Program-made: the position numbers and the translations under genes
Part shown: positions 62,607 through 64,000 of the stretch, piece by piece
Layout of the letters: the number at the start of each line of letters is the position of its first letter
How positions within the stretch are numbered: the first letter of the stretch is position 1
Notes under the pieces: model-generated
Database searches by the model: none
The model's input: the letters and a program-made list of their open reading frames with translations, nothing else
What the model was told of the DNA's origin: nothing
From: Gemmatimonadota bacterium
GTDB lineage: Bacteria; Gemmatimonadota; Gemmatimonadetes; Palauibacterales; Palauibacteraceae
Reading direction: 5' to 3'
Assembly (NCBI GenBank): GCA_963666735.1
Contig: OY762926.1
Location: 1,824,001-1,888,000, forward strand
DNA length: 64,000 nt

Positions 62607-63576
62607 CCCGCGCGCCGCCGCCACCGAGGACGCGCCGCGGTCTGCTCGCCGCCGCGTTGGTGGCCGCGGCGCCGGTGGTGTACGGGTTCCTTTCCACCGA
62701 GTTTCGGGGACCCGGCATCCCGGATGGATCGGCGATCGATATCCGCGTGCCCGCGGGCTTCTCGTCGCGGCAGATCGCGCGTCTTCTCGAGGCGGAGGAG
62801 CTGATCTTCCATGCGCGCATCTTCGACACCTACGTTCGCCTTCGGGGTGCGGCGCGAGTCCTGAAGGCCGGCCGGTACGAAATCCCGCGCGGTGCATCGT
62901 ACGCCTACCTGCTCAAGGTTCTGCGCGACGGGGCCGTCGCCACCACCCCGCTCACGATCCCGGAGGGCCTGCGGGTCGAAGCCGTGGCGGAACGGATCGC
63001 GGAGTACACGGGAGAGGCCCCACGCTCGAGGGCTACCTCTTCCCCGAGACGTACCGCTTCGCGGAAGGGGTCGGGGTCCCGGCGATCGTGACCGCCATGG
63101 TCGGCCGGTACAAGGCGTTCTGGGGTGAGGAGGAGGGCGCGCGCGCCGCTGAAATCGGGATGGAGGAGCGGGAGGTCGTGACGCTCGCCAGTATCGTCGA
63201 GAAGGAGGTCCTATGGGGGGACGAGCGGCGCACCGTCTCCGGCGTGTATTGGAACCGTCTGCGGAGGGGGATGCTCCTCCAAGCCGATCCGACCGTGCAG
63301 TTCGCCCTCGGGGAACCGCGCGCGCGGCTCCTGTATCGCGATATCGATTCGGTCGCGGATCACCCGTATAACACGTACACGCAGCCGGGGCTGCCGCCGG
63401 GTCCGATCGCCTCGCCGGGGGCCGCGTCGCTGCGCGCCGCCCTCCACCCCGCCGAGCACGACTACATCTTCTTCGTGGCGCGGGGTGACGGGCGGCACGA
63501 GTTCACGCGCACGCTGCGCGAGCACAACGACGCCCGAAACCGCATCCGGCTCGCGCGCGACGCCGCCCAACGCTGA
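62603..63576 (+). pseudogene. mltG: mltG copy 3 with the same deletion/frameshift
   Basis: Junction at 63015/63016. Confidence 0.88.
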
Positions 63577-63617
63577 CGCCGCCCGGCCCACGCTCGCGCC
63601 TGGCGGCCGCCCGGGTC

Positions 63618-64000
63618 ATGGTGCTGACGCATCCCCGCCCGCGCAGCGGTCGCCCCCTGCACCAAGTCGTCGCCGAGTGCGTGGCCGCCGGGGTGCCGGT
63701 CATTCAGCTTCGCGACAAGACCGCCGACGCACGGGCGCTCACCGCCCAAGCCGCGGCCCTCCGCGCCGCCATGGACGGCTCCGGCGCGCTTCTCATCGTC
63801 AACGACCGCCTAGACGTCGCCCTCGCCGCCGGGGCCGACGGCGTCCACCTCGGCCCGGACGACCTCCCCCTCCACGCCGCGCGCGAACTCGCTCCCAAGG
63901 GCTTCCTCATCGGTTACTCCACCGACGATCCCACCGAAGCCCGCCGCGCGGCCCGCGCCGGCGCCGACTATCTCGGCGTCGGGGCCGTGTTCGGGACGCA
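63618..64000 (+). CDS. thiE: thiE copy 3 (runs off the window)
   Basis: Mirror of 51153-51535. Confidence 0.88.
   Translation, partial: MVLTHPRPRSGRPLHQVVAECVAAGVPVIQLRDKTADARALTAQAAALRAAMDGSGALLIVNDRLDVALAAGADGVHLGPDDLPLHAARELAPKGFLIGYSTDDPTEARRAARAGADYLGVGAVFGT

Larger units (their letters stand above)
59896..64000. repeat. inverted repeat of 51153-55257 (at least 4105 bp, continues past the window end)
   Basis: ORF-track translations are identical and coordinates mirror (x maps to 115153-x); spot checks identical. Confidence 0.95.

Overview
Very GC-rich bacterial DNA. Gene content and protein style suggest Gemmatimonadota, possibly Longimicrobiales (inference only). 1-27 kb is housekeeping and accessory genes: a LeuA-family enzyme, an NTP-sugar transferase, DUF445-SCO-CtaG, cutA, two acyl-CoA ligases, folE, a Tat amidase with a small partner, ggt, a DEAD-box helicase, an M1 peptidase, lysA, an NhaC-family transporter, mpg, an NYN/LOTUS protein, aroB and folK. 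An unannotated ~190-nt rod-shaped RNA (6S-like) with its own promoter and terminator lies just upstream of folE. 27-43 kb holds three tandem, mosaic SusC/SusD pairs with no adjacent glycan-degrading enzymes. 43.7-64 kb is the most unusual part: the block tyrS-PBP1A-deoA-V4R-ruvX-mltG-thiE occurs forward (copy 1, thiE truncated), then inverted as a diverged and partly decayed copy 2, then partly again as copy 3, which appears to be an exact inverted repeat of part of copy 2 (59896-64000 vs 51153-55257). Between copies 2 and 3 are a compositionally distinct polyproline/cysteine lipoprotein gene and an internal fragment of a fourth SusC. This is either a real inversion-triplication or an assembly/amplification chimera; raw reads are needed to decide. 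I found no CRISPR array, transposase, tRNA or rRNA.
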